Source: Campylobacteraceae bacterium (lineage in GTDB: Bacteria > Campylobacterota > Campylobacteria > Campylobacterales > Campylobacteraceae). From it: a stretch of 59,964 nt of DNA. Positions within the stretch are counted from its first letter, which is position 1; each line of letters opens with the position of its first letter. The DNA is taken from assembly GCA_031255525.1 (NCBI GenBank), contig JAIRSJ010000095.1, positions 1-59,964 on the forward strand, given 5' to 3'. This document shows positions 1-10,556 of the stretch, in pieces. The notes beneath the pieces are model-generated. The model did not search any database. It was given only the letters and a program-made list of their open reading frames with translations, and had not been told where the DNA came from. The translations under genes and the position numbers were made by a program.

Positions 1-1084
1 ATTCCACGGACTCCAAGATAAAGAGTTAAGATATCGCCAAAGATATCTTGATATGATTATGAATCCTGAGGTTAAGCATACTTTTCAAACCAGAAGCAAA
101 ATAGTAAGCTTGATTAGAAGATTTTTTGAAGAACACGGATTTTTGGAAGTCGAAACACCGATGATGCATCCTATTGCCGGAGGTGCGAATGCAAAACCGT
201 TCGTAACTTTTCATAATGCATTAAATACACAAAGGTACTTGCGAATAGCTCCGGAACTTTATCTGAAAAGACTTATTGTCGGCGGATTTGATGCTGTTTT
301 TGAGATAAATAGAAATTTTAGAAATGAGGGATTGGACGCAACGCATAATCCTGAATTCACAAGTATTGAGTTTTATTGGGCGCACCATAACTACAAAGAT
401 TTGATGAAATTAACAGAAGAACTTTTTAGAGTGCTGCTTGATAAACTGGACTTACCGCAACGACTTCCGTTTAATGATAATGTCATTGATTTTTCAAAAC
501 CTTTTGAGCAAATTTCATTCAAAGAAGCACTGGTAAAGATAGGTGGTATAGACAATGCCATACTGAATGATAAAAAAGCTATTGAGAATAAACTAAAAAA
601 AGACGCTTTTGATGTCAAGTCCAATCTAAATTTAGGCCAGCTTCAAGCCGAGCTTTTTGATAATTATGTTGAAAAGAAGCTTATAAATCCTACTTTCATC
701 GTCGATTATCCGATTGATATCAGTCCATTGTCCAGAAAAAGTGATAAAAATAGTGAAATAGCCGAAAGATTTGAGCTATTTATAGCTGGAAATGAGCTGG
801 CAAACGGTTTTAACGAATTAAACGACCCGATTGATCAATATAACAGATTTGTAGCTCAACTTGATGCAAAAGCAGCAGGAGACGATGAAGCTCACGAGAT
901 GGATGAAGATTATGTAAGGGCTTTGGGATACGGTTTTGCGCCGACAGCAGGAGAAGGACTCGGGATAGACAGGCTCGTCATGCTTTTGACAAACCAGGTT
1001 TCAGTTAGGGATGTTATACTATTTCCGGCGATGAAGCAATTGAAAATAACAGAAAAACAAGATAACGAAGGAGATAATAAATGA
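1..1084 (+). CDS. lysS: lysyl-tRNA synthetase, class II (5' end cut by window edge)
   Basis: The frame is open from base 2: [24 protein letters not shown]..., with a C-terminal [14 protein letters not shown] motif-3 region. The TGA stop overlaps the glyA ATG (ATGA). Confidence 0.95.
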   Translation, partial: FHGLQDKELRYRQRYLDMIMNPEVKHTFQTRSKIVSLIRRFFEEHGFLEVETPMMHPIAGGANAKPFVTFHNALNTQRYLRIAPELYLKRLIVGGFDAVFEINRNFRNEGLDATHNPEFTSIEFYWAHHNYKDLMKLTEELFRVLLDKLDLPQRLPFNDNVIDFSKPFEQISFKEALVKIGGIDNAILNDKKAIENKLKKDAFDVKSNLNLGQLQAELFDNYVEKKLINPTFIVDYPIDISPLSRKSDKNSEIAERFELFIAGNELANGFNELNDPIDQYNRFVAQLDAKAAGDDEAHEMDEDYVRALGYGFAPTAGEGLGIDRLVMLLTNQVSVRDVILFPAMKQLKITEKQDNEGDNK

Positions 1085-2328
1085 GTTTTTTGGCTGAAAG
1101 CGACATCACGGTTTATGAGCTCGCCAAACAAGAATTAGAGCGCCAATCTTATAATTTAGAGATGATAGCAAGTGAAAATTTTGCCTCAAAAGCGGTCATA
1201 GAGGCGATGGGAAGCATCTTTACAAACAAGTATGCAGAAGGATATCCCTCTAAACGTTACTATGGCGGCTGCGAAATAGTTGACAAACTTGAACAATTGG
1301 CTATAGATAGAGTAAAAGAGCTTTTTGGGTGTAAATTTGCAAATGTGCAGCCAAATTCGGGTTCTCAAGCAAATCAAGGCGTTTATCAAGCGCTTCTAAA
1401 TCCTTACGATAAAATTTTGGGTATGAATTTAAGTCACGGTGGACACTTGACACATGGCGCCAAAGTGAGCAGTTCGGGCAAAACTTATCAAAGTTTTTTT
1501 TACGGCGTAAACTTGGATGGTAAAATTGATTATGACAGAGTAAGAGATATAGCAAAAATAGTACAACCAAAACTAATAGTGTGTGGCGCTTCTGCGTATC
1601 CAAGAGAGATAGAATTCAAAATTTTCAGAGAAATAGCAGATGAGGTTGGGGCATACTTATTTGCCGATATAGCGCACATAGCAGGTCTTATCGCAGCAAA
1701 CGAACATCAAGATCCGTTTCCGCATGCACACGTAGTAGCTTCTACAACACACAAAACTCTTAGAGGCCCAAGAGGCGGCTTCATCTTGACAAACGATGAA
1801 GAGATATCCAAAAAAATAAATTCCGCCATATTCCCCGGCATTCAAGGAGGACCGCTTGAAAATATAATAGCGGCAAAAGCGGTAGGATTTGGAGAAAATC
1901 TAAAGCCAGAGTGGAAAACATATGCAAAGCAAGTTAAGACAAACGCCAAAATTTTAGCGGAAGTTTTATCAAAAGAGGGATTTGACGTAGTAAGTAAAGG
2001 TACGGACAATCATCTTATATTACTTAGCTTTCTAAATAGAGAGTTTAGCGGAAAAGATGCCGACCATGCCCTTGAAAATGCAGGTATAACAGTGAATAAA
2101 AACACAGTTCCCGGAGAGACAAGAAGTCCTTTTATCACTTCTGGTATCCGTGTCGGTTCAGCCGCCCTTACTTCGCGCGGTATGAAAGACAAAGAGTTTG
2201 CATTTATCGCTCAAAAAATTGCCGAAGTTTTGAATAATATAAACGATATATCAATTCAGCAAAAAGTTAAAAAAGAGGTGAGAGAACTCTCGTCTAACTT
2301 TATCATTTACGATAAAGCTACGTATTAG
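1081..2328 (+). CDS. glyA: serine hydroxymethyltransferase
   Basis: 415 aa. Contains [10 protein letters not shown] and the PLP-lysine block [13 protein letters not shown]. Translationally coupled to lysS. Confidence 0.97.
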   Translation: MSFLAESDITVYELAKQELERQSYNLEMIASENFASKAVIEAMGSIFTNKYAEGYPSKRYYGGCEIVDKLEQLAIDRVKELFGCKFANVQPNSGSQANQGVYQALLNPYDKILGMNLSHGGHLTHGAKVSSSGKTYQSFFYGVNLDGKIDYDRVRDIAKIVQPKLIVCGASAYPREIEFKIFREIADEVGAYLFADIAHIAGLIAANEHQDPFPHAHVVASTTHKTLRGPRGGFILTNDEEISKKINSAIFPGIQGGPLENIIAAKAVGFGENLKPEWKTYAKQVKTNAKILAEVLSKEGFDVVSKGTDNHLILLSFLNREFSGKDADHALENAGITVNKNTVPGETRSPFITSGIRVGSAALTSRGMKDKEFAFIAQKIAEVLNNINDISIQQKVKKEVRELSSNFIIYDKATY

Positions 2329-2337
2329 GAGAAAAAT

Positions 2338-2982
2338 ATGGAAGAGAAAAACGAATTAAGCGATATATTGTTAGAGCAAAAAAGCTCCAACAAAATAACA
2401 CAAGTCAAAAGATTGGTTGTCATAACCGTGCTTTTAGTGCTGATTTTTATGCTTGTAATTCTAATCATGAAGCTTATAAGCAAACCAAAAGGCGATGATG
2501 TAGCGGTTTATCCGATATCGACAGACACGCCCGTAGATAACAATGAAATAGTTGTAGCAAATATATCTATTATAGAAGATGATGATTATGATATACAAAC
2601 TAATGAGACTAATGAGACTACAACAATTACAGTTATCGAAACAAATATAGAGCCTGTAACACAAACGCCTCCCGTCGAAACAATTCAACCGCCAAAAATA
2701 CAAACAACTCCTCCGGTAACAACAGACTCCCCGCAGGCAAGCTCTGTGAAAAGCGGACACTATATACAAGTCGGCTCATTTTCAAACCCTCCGAACAAAA
2801 ACTTTTTAGATGGTATTTCTAAAAAAAATTATGAGCACCATCTGTATAAAACTACTATAAAATCCAAACAGGTAACAATAGTTTTAGTAGGTCCTTATCC
2901 ATCTGAAAGTTCGGCAAGAAATGCGCTGCTTGATGCAAAAGCGACTATAACAAAAGACGCTTTCTATAAAAAAATACCATAA
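2338..2982 (+). CDS. SPOR-domain membrane protein (septal peptidoglycan binding)
   Basis: AGGAG RBS, one N-terminal TM segment, a Thr/Pro-rich linker, and a C-terminal SPOR-like block GHYIQVGSFSNPP...VLVGPYPSESSARNA. Confidence 0.7.
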   Translation: MEEKNELSDILLEQKSSNKITQVKRLVVITVLLVLIFMLVILIMKLISKPKGDDVAVYPISTDTPVDNNEIVVANISIIEDDDYDIQTNETNETTTITVIETNIEPVTQTPPVETIQPPKIQTTPPVTTDSPQASSVKSGHYIQVGSFSNPPNKNFLDGISKKNYEHHLYKTTIKSKQVTIVLVGPYPSESSARNALLDAKATITKDAFYKKIP

Positions 2983-3017
2983 TAATGTCGGGCTTCTTTT
3001 TTGAAGCCCTATTATCC

Positions 3018-3806
3018 ATGAAAAATTTTTGCGTATTCGGAAATCCGATAGAACATTCCATATCGCCGAAACTTCACAATAAAGCGTTTGAAATTTTAGG
3101 CATAGATGCAAACTATACAAAAATACTGCTGAAAAATGCTGATGAATTGAAAAAATTTTTCGCAAGATTAAACCTTAGCGGAGCAAATATAACCATTCCT
3201 TATAAAGAGGTGTCATTTGGTATATGCGACGAAATTTTCGGTATAGCAAAAAAAATAGAAGCTGTAAATACTATAGTACGAAAAAATGATAAATTATTTG
3301 GTTTTAATACCGACGCATTAGGATTTTTAAAAGCGATAGAGGAGTTTGGCAATATAAAAAACGCTCTTGTTTTAGGAGCCGGCGGAACGGCAAAAGCCGT
3401 CGTATTTATATTGCAAGAAAACGGTATATACACAGAACTTTTAAACCGTTCAAAAGAGAGAATAGAGTTTTTCAAAAACAGAAAAATCGCTGCTTTTTCT
3501 TGGAATGACTATAATTTAAAAGAATATGATTTAATAATAAACACAACATCGGCCGGATTGAAAGATGAAAATTTACCTGCACCAAAAGAGCTTTTATCAC
3601 AAATATTTAAAAAAGCAAAATTTGGCTTTGATGTTATTTACGGCAAAAAAACACCATTTTTAACGCTTTGCGAAGAAAATATGTTGACATGCAAAGATGG
3701 TGCTGATATGCTCTTGTATCAAGCGGCTCTTGCTTTCAATCTATTTTTTGATAATGTTTATGATGAAACAAAAATTGCCGAAGCAATGAAAACGGCAATG
3801 TTATAA
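3018..3806 (+). CDS. aroE: shikimate dehydrogenase
   Basis: GNPIEHSISPKLHN and the GAGGTAKAV NADP loop. I prefer the ATG at 3018 (MKNFCVFGNP) over the track start at 2985. Confidence 0.9.
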   Translation: MKNFCVFGNPIEHSISPKLHNKAFEILGIDANYTKILLKNADELKKFFARLNLSGANITIPYKEVSFGICDEIFGIAKKIEAVNTIVRKNDKLFGFNTDALGFLKAIEEFGNIKNALVLGAGGTAKAVVFILQENGIYTELLNRSKERIEFFKNRKIAAFSWNDYNLKEYDLIINTTSAGLKDENLPAPKELLSQIFKKAKFGFDVIYGKKTPFLTLCEENMLTCKDGADMLLYQAALAFNLFFDNVYDETKIAEAMKTAML

Positions 3807-4296
3807 ATTTTCAAATCATTTGATAAATGTCAATGATTAGCGCTGTGCTTTGCTTTATCTCATCAAATCTCTATTTGCAAATATACTTTTACAACTTCAA
3901 ATAATATATTGGTTGTTATTATACAAACTCTCCATTTTGTCGCTATCTTGCACCATCAATCAAATCAGCAAGTAAGATATTATATTTTTATCAGTTTTAT
4001 CGCTCTAACATAACTTAACGCTTCAAAATATTTTCGCACATATTTAATGTTTATATCACTAATCAGCGAAAATTTGTGTCTTGTATTTCAAAAATGGTGA
4101 TTCATCAGTAACTTTAGTTTGTCAAGTTTTCATTTTTGCACAGTGGCGCTTATAACTGACTTTGACAATGTCCACCATAAGAGCAGATTGTTATTTGCTT
4201 TTATCAATAGTCCATCTTTTTTGAATGTTAAAATCAGAAAAGTATTTTAAAAAATTGGGGATACATCCAAAAGGAGCTGCGGTCAATTTACTCTAT

Positions 4297-4866
4297 TTAT
4301 ACTTTCGTCCTGGCTTCCAGCGCTTTTGAGAGAGACAGCATGTCAACATTTTCAAGCTGCACACCTGTTGGAACGCCTTGCGCTATTTTCGTAAAATTAA
4401 GCTTCAAGTCCTGAAGTTTATCCTCAATAAAAAGTATCATAGCATCACTCGCCAAAGATGGAGTAAAAGCAAATATCACCTCTTTGACATTGGCCTCTTT
4501 TATAACTTTTTGAAGATCATGCACCTTATCATCCTCCAATGAATCAAACACGAAATAACGTCCCAGGAAAAGTTTATGCTCCTCAAGTATAAAGATATCT
4601 TTTGCGCTCTCTACTATGCAGAGTTGTCCGTTATTTCTGCTCTCATCAAGGCATATTTCACATATTTCATGTTCGCTTACACTCCCGCAGCATTCACAAC
4701 GCCTAATGGTTCGAACAGCATTTTCTATCGCATGCGCCAATTTCATTGCGCCGAAAGTATCTTTTAATACCAGATGATATGCAAAACGCAATGCGGATTT
4801 TTTCCCTACTGTGGGTAAAGCGCCAAAAGCCTCTATAAGTTGATTAAATTTTTGAAGTCTTCTCAT
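4297..4866 (-). CDS. recR: recombination protein RecR
   Basis: 189 aa. HhH-type N-terminus LPTVGKKSALRFAYHL, C4 zinc finger CECCGSVSEHEICEIC, and a Toprim-like C-terminal half. Confidence 0.95.
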   Translation of the reverse strand: MRRLQKFNQLIEAFGALPTVGKKSALRFAYHLVLKDTFGAMKLAHAIENAVRTIRRCECCGSVSEHEICEICLDESRNNGQLCIVESAKDIFILEEHKLFLGRYFVFDSLEDDKVHDLQKVIKEANVKEVIFAFTPSLASDAMILFIEDKLQDLKLNFTKIAQGVPTGVQLENVDMLSLSKALEARTKV

Positions 4867-4890
4867 CCAAGAAGTCTAACCTAAGTTATT

Positions 4891-6138
4891 TTAAGCTTTA
4901 ATAAGAGCTATAAAAAAGCGGTGCTGTCCGCTTTTATATTCGTATTCTAATTTTAATTCATGCAATCTCAAAATATTATCTACTATATATAAGCCAAGTC
5001 CGAACCCGCTGCCCAATTTATCCCGCTTTGTAGATGATGCAAATGCTTGTCTATATTCGTCTATCGGTTTTTCAAGTGGTTCACCTTTGTTATAAAAAGA
5101 AAGAACGTTCCTCTTTAAAACAACTTTTACGATATTATCTTTTCCGTATTTTATAGCGTTGTCCATAAGATTTTTAAATGCCAAAGCCATCAATCCAAGA
5201 TCCACATTCACCAAAAATGATCTGTTGCCCAAATCAAAGTGAACCCTTTTTTCTACCTGTTCTGGTTCAAACATAAGGATGCTGACGGATTGGTTAAAAA
5301 CATCTTTTAAATTGTATGTGTCTCTTTCCAATATATAATTTTTGGTTATAACTTGTTCCATTCTCGTAAATTCGTTTATCAATACTTCAAGTCTTTTAAA
5401 AACTTTTATGAGCCTGTTTCTGCTTATCTCTTCTTCCACCATCTCAGCTATAATACGCCCTTTTCCTATCGGGGTTTTAAGCTCATGCATTATAGTTCTT
5501 AAAAAAAGAGTGCGTGAATTGTGAAGATTTGCAATAGTTTTTGTAGCTTTATTAAATTCTTTGGATAACTCTCCTATCTCATCTTTCCCATCATAAACAA
5601 ATTGTACACTCGTATCTCCGCCGGCCAATTTTCTGACTACTTTTCCAAACTCTTTTATGGGCTCTATACTTTTAATAGTAGATATATAAAGCCAAACTAA
5701 AAGCGAAAAAGTCAGTATCAGTATAATAAAAAACAGATTCCCTGAAGGAAGAGTATCTTTGCTCTCAAGCAAAACCACAGACTCTCCGCTGACAATGGAG
5801 ATGTAGTGCTTATTATCATAAATAATCGCCGAAAAACCTCCAAAATCAGTATCTCGTTTTATTATGATATTGCCATGTTTTAAAATTAAACTGCTCAAAG
5901 ACTTGTTTTCGACCTTTTTAAAGTCAAAACTTTGAAAATAACTTTCAATGTCTTCAGATGGAGTTTTATTTTCGTAAAGTAGCATAAGGTAATTTATGGA
6001 TTGCAAATGTTTTTCTTTTAATCTTTGCAAATTCAATTCATTTTCATATCTGTAAAAAACTAAAAATAGTATTAATAAAAAGATGAGACAAAAGGCAAAC
6101 GTAATGCTGACTTTTGTCCCTAAAGAGTAATTTTTCAT
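4891..6138 (-). CDS. racS: sensor histidine kinase (two TM segments, HAMP, HisKA, HATPase); RacS by synteny
   Basis: H-box IMHELKTPIG, G-box GSGFGLGLYIV, and a 4-nt overlap with the upstream regulator gene. The dnaJ / RR-HK-recR order matches the C. jejuni racRS locus as I recall it. Confidence 0.75.
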   Translation of the reverse strand: MKNYSLGTKVSITFAFCLIFLLILFLVFYRYENELNLQRLKEKHLQSINYLMLLYENKTPSEDIESYFQSFDFKKVENKSLSSLILKHGNIIIKRDTDFGGFSAIIYDNKHYISIVSGESVVLLESKDTLPSGNLFFIILILTFSLLVWLYISTIKSIEPIKEFGKVVRKLAGGDTSVQFVYDGKDEIGELSKEFNKATKTIANLHNSRTLFLRTIMHELKTPIGKGRIIAEMVEEEISRNRLIKVFKRLEVLINEFTRMEQVITKNYILERDTYNLKDVFNQSVSILMFEPEQVEKRVHFDLGNRSFLVNVDLGLMALAFKNLMDNAIKYGKDNIVKVVLKRNVLSFYNKGEPLEKPIDEYRQAFASSTKRDKLGSGFGLGLYIVDNILRLHELKLEYEYKSGQHRFFIALIKA

Positions 6139-6812
6139 CCTAAAAGTTTATAGCCGATTCCTCTTACGGAGTGGATATATTTAGGTATTTTTGAACTATC
6201 ACCAATTTTTGTTCTGATTCTTCCGATAATTACGTCCAAACTTTTACCGCCTTTATCTTTTATAGATCTGCAATTATAAACTAACTGTTCTCTAGAAAGC
6301 GAAAAGCCGTGCTGCTGAATAAGATACGAAAGTATTTCGTATTCGGCAGGCGTAAGCGTAAGCGGTTTATCTTCAAGAAATATCTGATGTCTCTTATCGT
6401 CAACTCTAAATTTAGAATCTTCCGCAGGACTCTCCTCAACTTCAGCTGTAACTTTTTTATATCTTCTAATCAAGCTTACTATTCTGGCGTACATCTCTTT
6501 CGGATCGTATGGTTTTGGCAGATAATCATCGGCTCCTATCTGGAGTCCTATGATCTTATCGGACAAATCACTTCTGGCTGAAGATATGATAATTGGAATA
6601 TCATATTTTGAAGCAACTTCACGACAAACATCAAGCCCGTCAATCCCCGGTAGCGTCAAATCCAAAATCAACAAATCGTAATTTTTGATTCCTGCGCTTA
6701 ACCCAAGATACGGATCTTCATAGTTTGTAATTTTTATGTTATACCTTGCCAAATATTCGCTAAGAACTTGTGCAAACTCTATATCGTCTTCAATCATTAA
6801 AACGTTAATCAT
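6135..6812 (-). CDS. racR: OmpR-family response regulator; RacR by synteny
   Basis: MINVLMIEDD..., LLILDLTLPGIDG receiver, and a winged-helix C-terminus VRGIGYKLL. Confidence 0.8.
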   Translation of the reverse strand: MINVLMIEDDIEFAQVLSEYLARYNIKITNYEDPYLGLSAGIKNYDLLILDLTLPGIDGLDVCREVASKYDIPIIISSARSDLSDKIIGLQIGADDYLPKPYDPKEMYARIVSLIRRYKKVTAEVEESPAEDSKFRVDDKRHQIFLEDKPLTLTPAEYEILSYLIQQHGFSLSREQLVYNCRSIKDKGGKSLDVIIGRIRTKIGDSSKIPKYIHSVRGIGYKLLG

Positions 6813-6892
6813 TGAACACCTCCTAAAAAGTGGATAATGAAAATCTTTCGTTTATAATTCTATCTATTTCCGCTTAAATAAAATATAAATTA

Positions 6893-7366
6893 TTATTTAT
6901 TCTTAGTATTTTTTCTCCACTTATTTTCTATTTTGTCCAGCGTTTCGTGCATTTTTCCTCTCTGTTCTGCCGTCAAAATATTATAAACTTTATCAAAATA
7001 GTCTGCTCTAATACTAACCAGGGCATCGTTTATCTCTTTTTTGTCATTCAAAAAAGCCTCTTTATTAAACGAGTTTTCACTAAAATAAGTTTTTAATCCG
7101 TTTGCATTCTCAAAAACTGCCTTCATTTTCAAAAACATATCTGTTCGCAAGAGCTTAATTTGTTCTTTTTGTTCCGAACCCAAATCAAGCTTTTTTAAAA
7201 AACTACCATCGTGTTTATTTATAAAATCATCTGTGTGCAATCTTCCATCTGCTTCAAACATCTGCTTGTTTCGTTCGTATTTTAGCCCGTCCGCATGATG
7301 TCTTGCAAATGCACCGCTCGCCGCAAACAAACTTACTGCGACTAAAATAAATAAGCCTTTTTTCAT
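6893..7366 (-). CDS. periplasmic LTXXQ-motif protein (Spy/CpxP/ZraP-like)
   Basis: AAGGAG RBS plus ATG at 7366 (MKKGLFILVAVSLFAASGAFA signal peptide). Helical and charged, with motifs LGSEQKEQIKLL and LTAEQRGKM. The track ORF extends 14 codons further upstream. Confidence 0.6.
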   Translation of the reverse strand: MKKGLFILVAVSLFAASGAFARHHADGLKYERNKQMFEADGRLHTDDFINKHDGSFLKKLDLGSEQKEQIKLLRTDMFLKMKAVFENANGLKTYFSENSFNKEAFLNDKKEINDALVSIRADYFDKVYNILTAEQRGKMHETLDKIENKWRKNTKNK

Positions 7367-7533
7367 GTAAATCTCCTTAAAATGAATTGTCATAAAATTG
7401 TATAACACAGCTTGTTAACCGCTTGTAAGCAAAAATCGAAAACATACATATGAAGAGCTTACTGACAATTAAACTTTTTTTTGATAGAATTCCTATCTTT
7501 AATAATTTACTCCCACCATTTAAAGGATTGTTG

Positions 7534-8655
7534 TTGGATTTTGAATATTATGAAATTTTGGAAATTGATAGAAGTGCAGACAATGAAACCATCAAGAGAG
7601 CTTACAGAAAACTCGCGCTAAAATATCATCCCGACAGAAATCAAGGTGATAAAAAAGCCGAAGAAAGATTTAAGCAAATAAATGAGGCTTATCAGGTTTT
7701 AAGCGATTCAAGCAAACGTGAAATTTATGACAGATATGGCAAAAGCGGACTTGATAGACAAGGCTTTAGTCATTTTTCCGAGCAAAATTATGAAGATATT
7801 ATGGGTGATCTCGGTTCAATATTTGAGTCTGTTTTCGGAAGAAATTTTGGATTTGGCAACAGCACGCAAAATAGAGAAAGGGGCGGAAAATATTCGCTCG
7901 ATATAGAAACAGATATACTTTTGGAGTTTAACGAAGCGATTTTCGGATGCAAAAAAAAGATGGACTTTGTTTATAAATCACCTTGCAAAGAGTGCAACGG
8001 CACGGGAAGCGAAGATAAAAAACTGAGCGAATGCCCTGAGTGCAGGGGTAAAGGGCAAGTATTTTACAGACAAGGTTTTATGACATTCTCACAAACTTGT
8101 TCAAAATGCAGCGGAAGCGGACAAATTATAAAAAACCCTTGCAAAAAATGCAAAGGCAAAGCTTATGAAGAGCTAAAAGAGAGTGTTATGGTGGATATTC
8201 CCGAAGGTATAGACAATAACAACAGAATCCGAGTGTCTACAAAAGGTAATGTCGCTTCTAACGGCTCAAGAGGCGACGTATATGTTCTGATAAGAGTCAA
8301 GGAAGATGATCATTTTATAAGGGATGGGCAACATATATATATAGAAGTGCCTATATTTTTTACTCAAGCTATTTTGGGTGAAAGTATAACAATTCCAACT
8401 TTAAGAGGCACAAAAGAGTTAAAACTTCCGCAAGGAACTCAAGATAAACAACAGTTCATCTTTAAAAACGAAGGCGTTAAAGATTTGAGAACAAAACAAC
8501 TCGGAAGTTTTGTCGCACAAGTCTCCATAAAATATCCATCGAGTTTAAATAATGAACAAAAAGAGACACTCAAAAATCTACAAGAGTCATTTGGCATAAA
8601 AAGTTCGGTACATGACGAAAGCGTATTTGATAAAATCAAAAACTGGTTCAAATAA
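7534..8655 (+). CDS. dnaJ: co-chaperone DnaJ
   Basis: J-domain [35 protein letters not shown]. Four zinc-finger repeats: [32 protein letters not shown]. Probable TTG start after AAAGGA; the track ORF from 7450 adds a non-J-domain extension. Confidence 0.9.
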   Translation: MDFEYYEILEIDRSADNETIKRAYRKLALKYHPDRNQGDKKAEERFKQINEAYQVLSDSSKREIYDRYGKSGLDRQGFSHFSEQNYEDIMGDLGSIFESVFGRNFGFGNSTQNRERGGKYSLDIETDILLEFNEAIFGCKKKMDFVYKSPCKECNGTGSEDKKLSECPECRGKGQVFYRQGFMTFSQTCSKCSGSGQIIKNPCKKCKGKAYEELKESVMVDIPEGIDNNNRIRVSTKGNVASNGSRGDVYVLIRVKEDDHFIRDGQHIYIEVPIFFTQAILGESITIPTLRGTKELKLPQGTQDKQQFIFKNEGVKDLRTKQLGSFVAQVSIKYPSSLNNEQKETLKNLQESFGIKSSVHDESVFDKIKNWFK

Positions 8656-8672
8656 TTAAAAGTATCGGCAAT

Positions 8673-8698
8673 TCCTTTGAGTATTTTTACTCAAAGGA
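8673..8698 (+). terminator. hairpin downstream of dnaJ
   Basis: TCCTTTGAGT-ATTTTT-ACTCAAAGGA: 10-bp stem, 18 nt after the dnaJ stop. No clear U-tract follows. Confidence 0.4.
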
Positions 8699-8956
8699 GT
8701 GTTCAAAGCAATGTAAGTTTTTTTGAAAAATACACTCTCAAACACAAAAACAAAGTCTCAAAGCGCTCTTTATATCACACATAAGCATTTTAAAAATCGT
8801 CTTTGATATACGTATATTTATCTGAGACTTATATCACATGCAAATACTAAATGCTTATTTGATTGTATGCGGCACATGTGTTTTTTTAATCTTGATAGAT
8901 GGAAAATAGCTTTTGGACTGGGAAATATTGCTTAAAAAGCAATCGATCGGCAAAAA

Positions 8957-9361
8957 TTATCTCTTAAACTCCAATTTTTTACCAAACCCTAAACGGTTGT
9001 CGGTGAGTTTCGCATAATCTATCTCTAACTCCCACAAAGACGGCGCAAGCGCAGCTGCAAACGGATATGATAAAAAGTAAGCTTTTTTAGCTTTTAAAGA
9101 GGCTTTTTGTACTATTCCTTCAAATTGTAACCCTTGTATCAAACCTATCTCTTTTGTTTCAAGCGCTATCGTACCGCTTACATATGGGGTTTTTATGATA
9201 TTTCGCATGTGACGGGTATCTTTATCGGAAGCAAAAACAAATGCATTATTTGTCTTTAAAAATACATAAAAACAGTTAGCAGACCAAGTTTTTCCATCTT
9301 CATGAGAGCTTATGTGTAAAACATGATGCTCTTTTATAAACCATATAAACTCTTCGCTCAT
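8957..9361 (-). CDS. pyridoxamine 5'-phosphate oxidase-fold protein, YhbP/UPF0306-like
   Basis: 134 aa. Aligns by eye along its length to E. coli YhbP, including WSANCFYVF and the C-terminal TDNRLGFGKK. Confidence 0.75.
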   Translation of the reverse strand: MSEEFIWFIKEHHVLHISSHEDGKTWSANCFYVFLKTNNAFVFASDKDTRHMRNIIKTPYVSGTIALETKEIGLIQGLQFEGIVQKASLKAKKAYFLSYPFAAALAPSLWELEIDYAKLTDNRLGFGKKLEFKR

Positions 9362-9383
9362 AAAAATTCTTCACACATATTAA

Positions 9384-10430
9384 TTAAGTTTCATCTTTCA
9401 AACTTTTTTCTTTGACAATGCGGAATAGTTTTAAAAGCGATATAAAGAGTGTGGTAATGGCGGGGCCCAATATCATTCCCCAAAAACCAAAAGAAGCAAG
9501 TCCTGCTATGATGGAGAAAAATATCAAAAGCGTATTAAAATAAACTGGTGTTTTCAAAAGCAATTTGTTTACATATTTGATGATAAGAGGCTTTATAAAG
9601 TTATCTACCGCGCCAATGCCTACAAAAGAGTAAAGAGCTATCACTATAGCCGCGGTAGTATTGCCGTTTGAAAATTCTATCAACGACAAAGGAGCCCATA
9701 CGAGCGTACCGCCAACTATTGGTATTAAGGATGCAAAACCATACAGTATGCCGAGCATCAGTCCGTTGTATCCGTAAGTCATACCTATGAAAGCAAATAA
9801 AATTCCTTCCAGAATAGCGGTTAAAATGATGGAGTAAAATACTACGCTCATGACATTTGCCACTTCGAAAAATATGCTGTTCGCTTCTTTCGGATTTATC
9901 GGTATTACACTTATAAAATATGCGCTTAGATTTTTGCCGTAATACGTTGCGAAAAAAAAGAATATGACGATTAAAATCATATCTTTTAAAAACCCTGCAC
10001 TCATTTTACCAATGAAAGTCGCGTAAGAGACTGCTTTGGCAGTTATCGCCGCTTTGTCCAGATTTGCAAAATATCCGTCTATATCGGGTTCTAAAAAACT
10101 TAGTGATTCGGGCAAAGATAGTTTTACGTTTGAGAGAAAAGTTACCATCTCTTCTATCAGATCATAGTTTACATGCATGAGCGAATTTGTTAGAGTAGTA
10201 GCCGCATATCCTATTGGTGCAAAAAACAGCAAAAGCAGTACCAAAGTTGTTAAAACAGCTGATAATACGGGGATTTTTACAAATTTTTGAATGAAAATAT
10301 TTATGCTGTTCATAGCTACAGCCAAAAGTGAAGCTATCGCAATATCCATCAAAAACGGCGAATAAAGACGAAACATTGCATAAAGTGTTAAAATTAAAAC
10401 ACCTGATAAAAAGAGACGATTGCCGTTCAT
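9384..10430 (-). CDS. AI-2E family transporter (PerM/UPF0118 permease)
   Basis: 348 aa polytopic membrane protein with the family-typical IPIVGGTLVWAP block and about 8 TM segments. Confidence 0.8.
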   Translation of the reverse strand: MNGNRLFLSGVLILTLYAMFRLYSPFLMDIAIASLLAVAMNSINIFIQKFVKIPVLSAVLTTLVLLLLFFAPIGYAATTLTNSLMHVNYDLIEEMVTFLSNVKLSLPESLSFLEPDIDGYFANLDKAAITAKAVSYATFIGKMSAGFLKDMILIVIFFFFATYYGKNLSAYFISVIPINPKEANSIFFEVANVMSVVFYSIILTAILEGILFAFIGMTYGYNGLMLGILYGFASLIPIVGGTLVWAPLSLIEFSNGNTTAAIVIALYSFVGIGAVDNFIKPLIIKYVNKLLLKTPVYFNTLLIFFSIIAGLASFGFWGMILGPAITTLFISLLKLFRIVKEKSLKDET

Positions 10431-10556
10431 TTTAAAAACTTCTCCTAATTTTTCTAATTTTTAATTCATCATACTATCAAGCAGATATTTTATCTTGCAA
10501 AGAACGCTTTGATTCCGGCAATGTTTTCAACTCCATAAGTACCATTTTTATCTGCT

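Noticed and set aside
3874-3889. 16-nt identity TGCAAATATACTTTTA shared between the aroE-recR gap and the membrane-protein gene at about 34091-34106.
   Set aside because: For an AT-rich 60-kb window on both strands, a few chance 16-mers are expected. There is no extended similarity around the match.
7450-7533. 28-codon N-terminal extension of dnaJ in the ORF track.
   Set aside because: The J-domain begins at ...DFEYYEILE, as in other DnaJ proteins. AAAGGA followed by TTG codons at 7528-7536 gives a conventional start, and the extension would consume the divergent promoter region.
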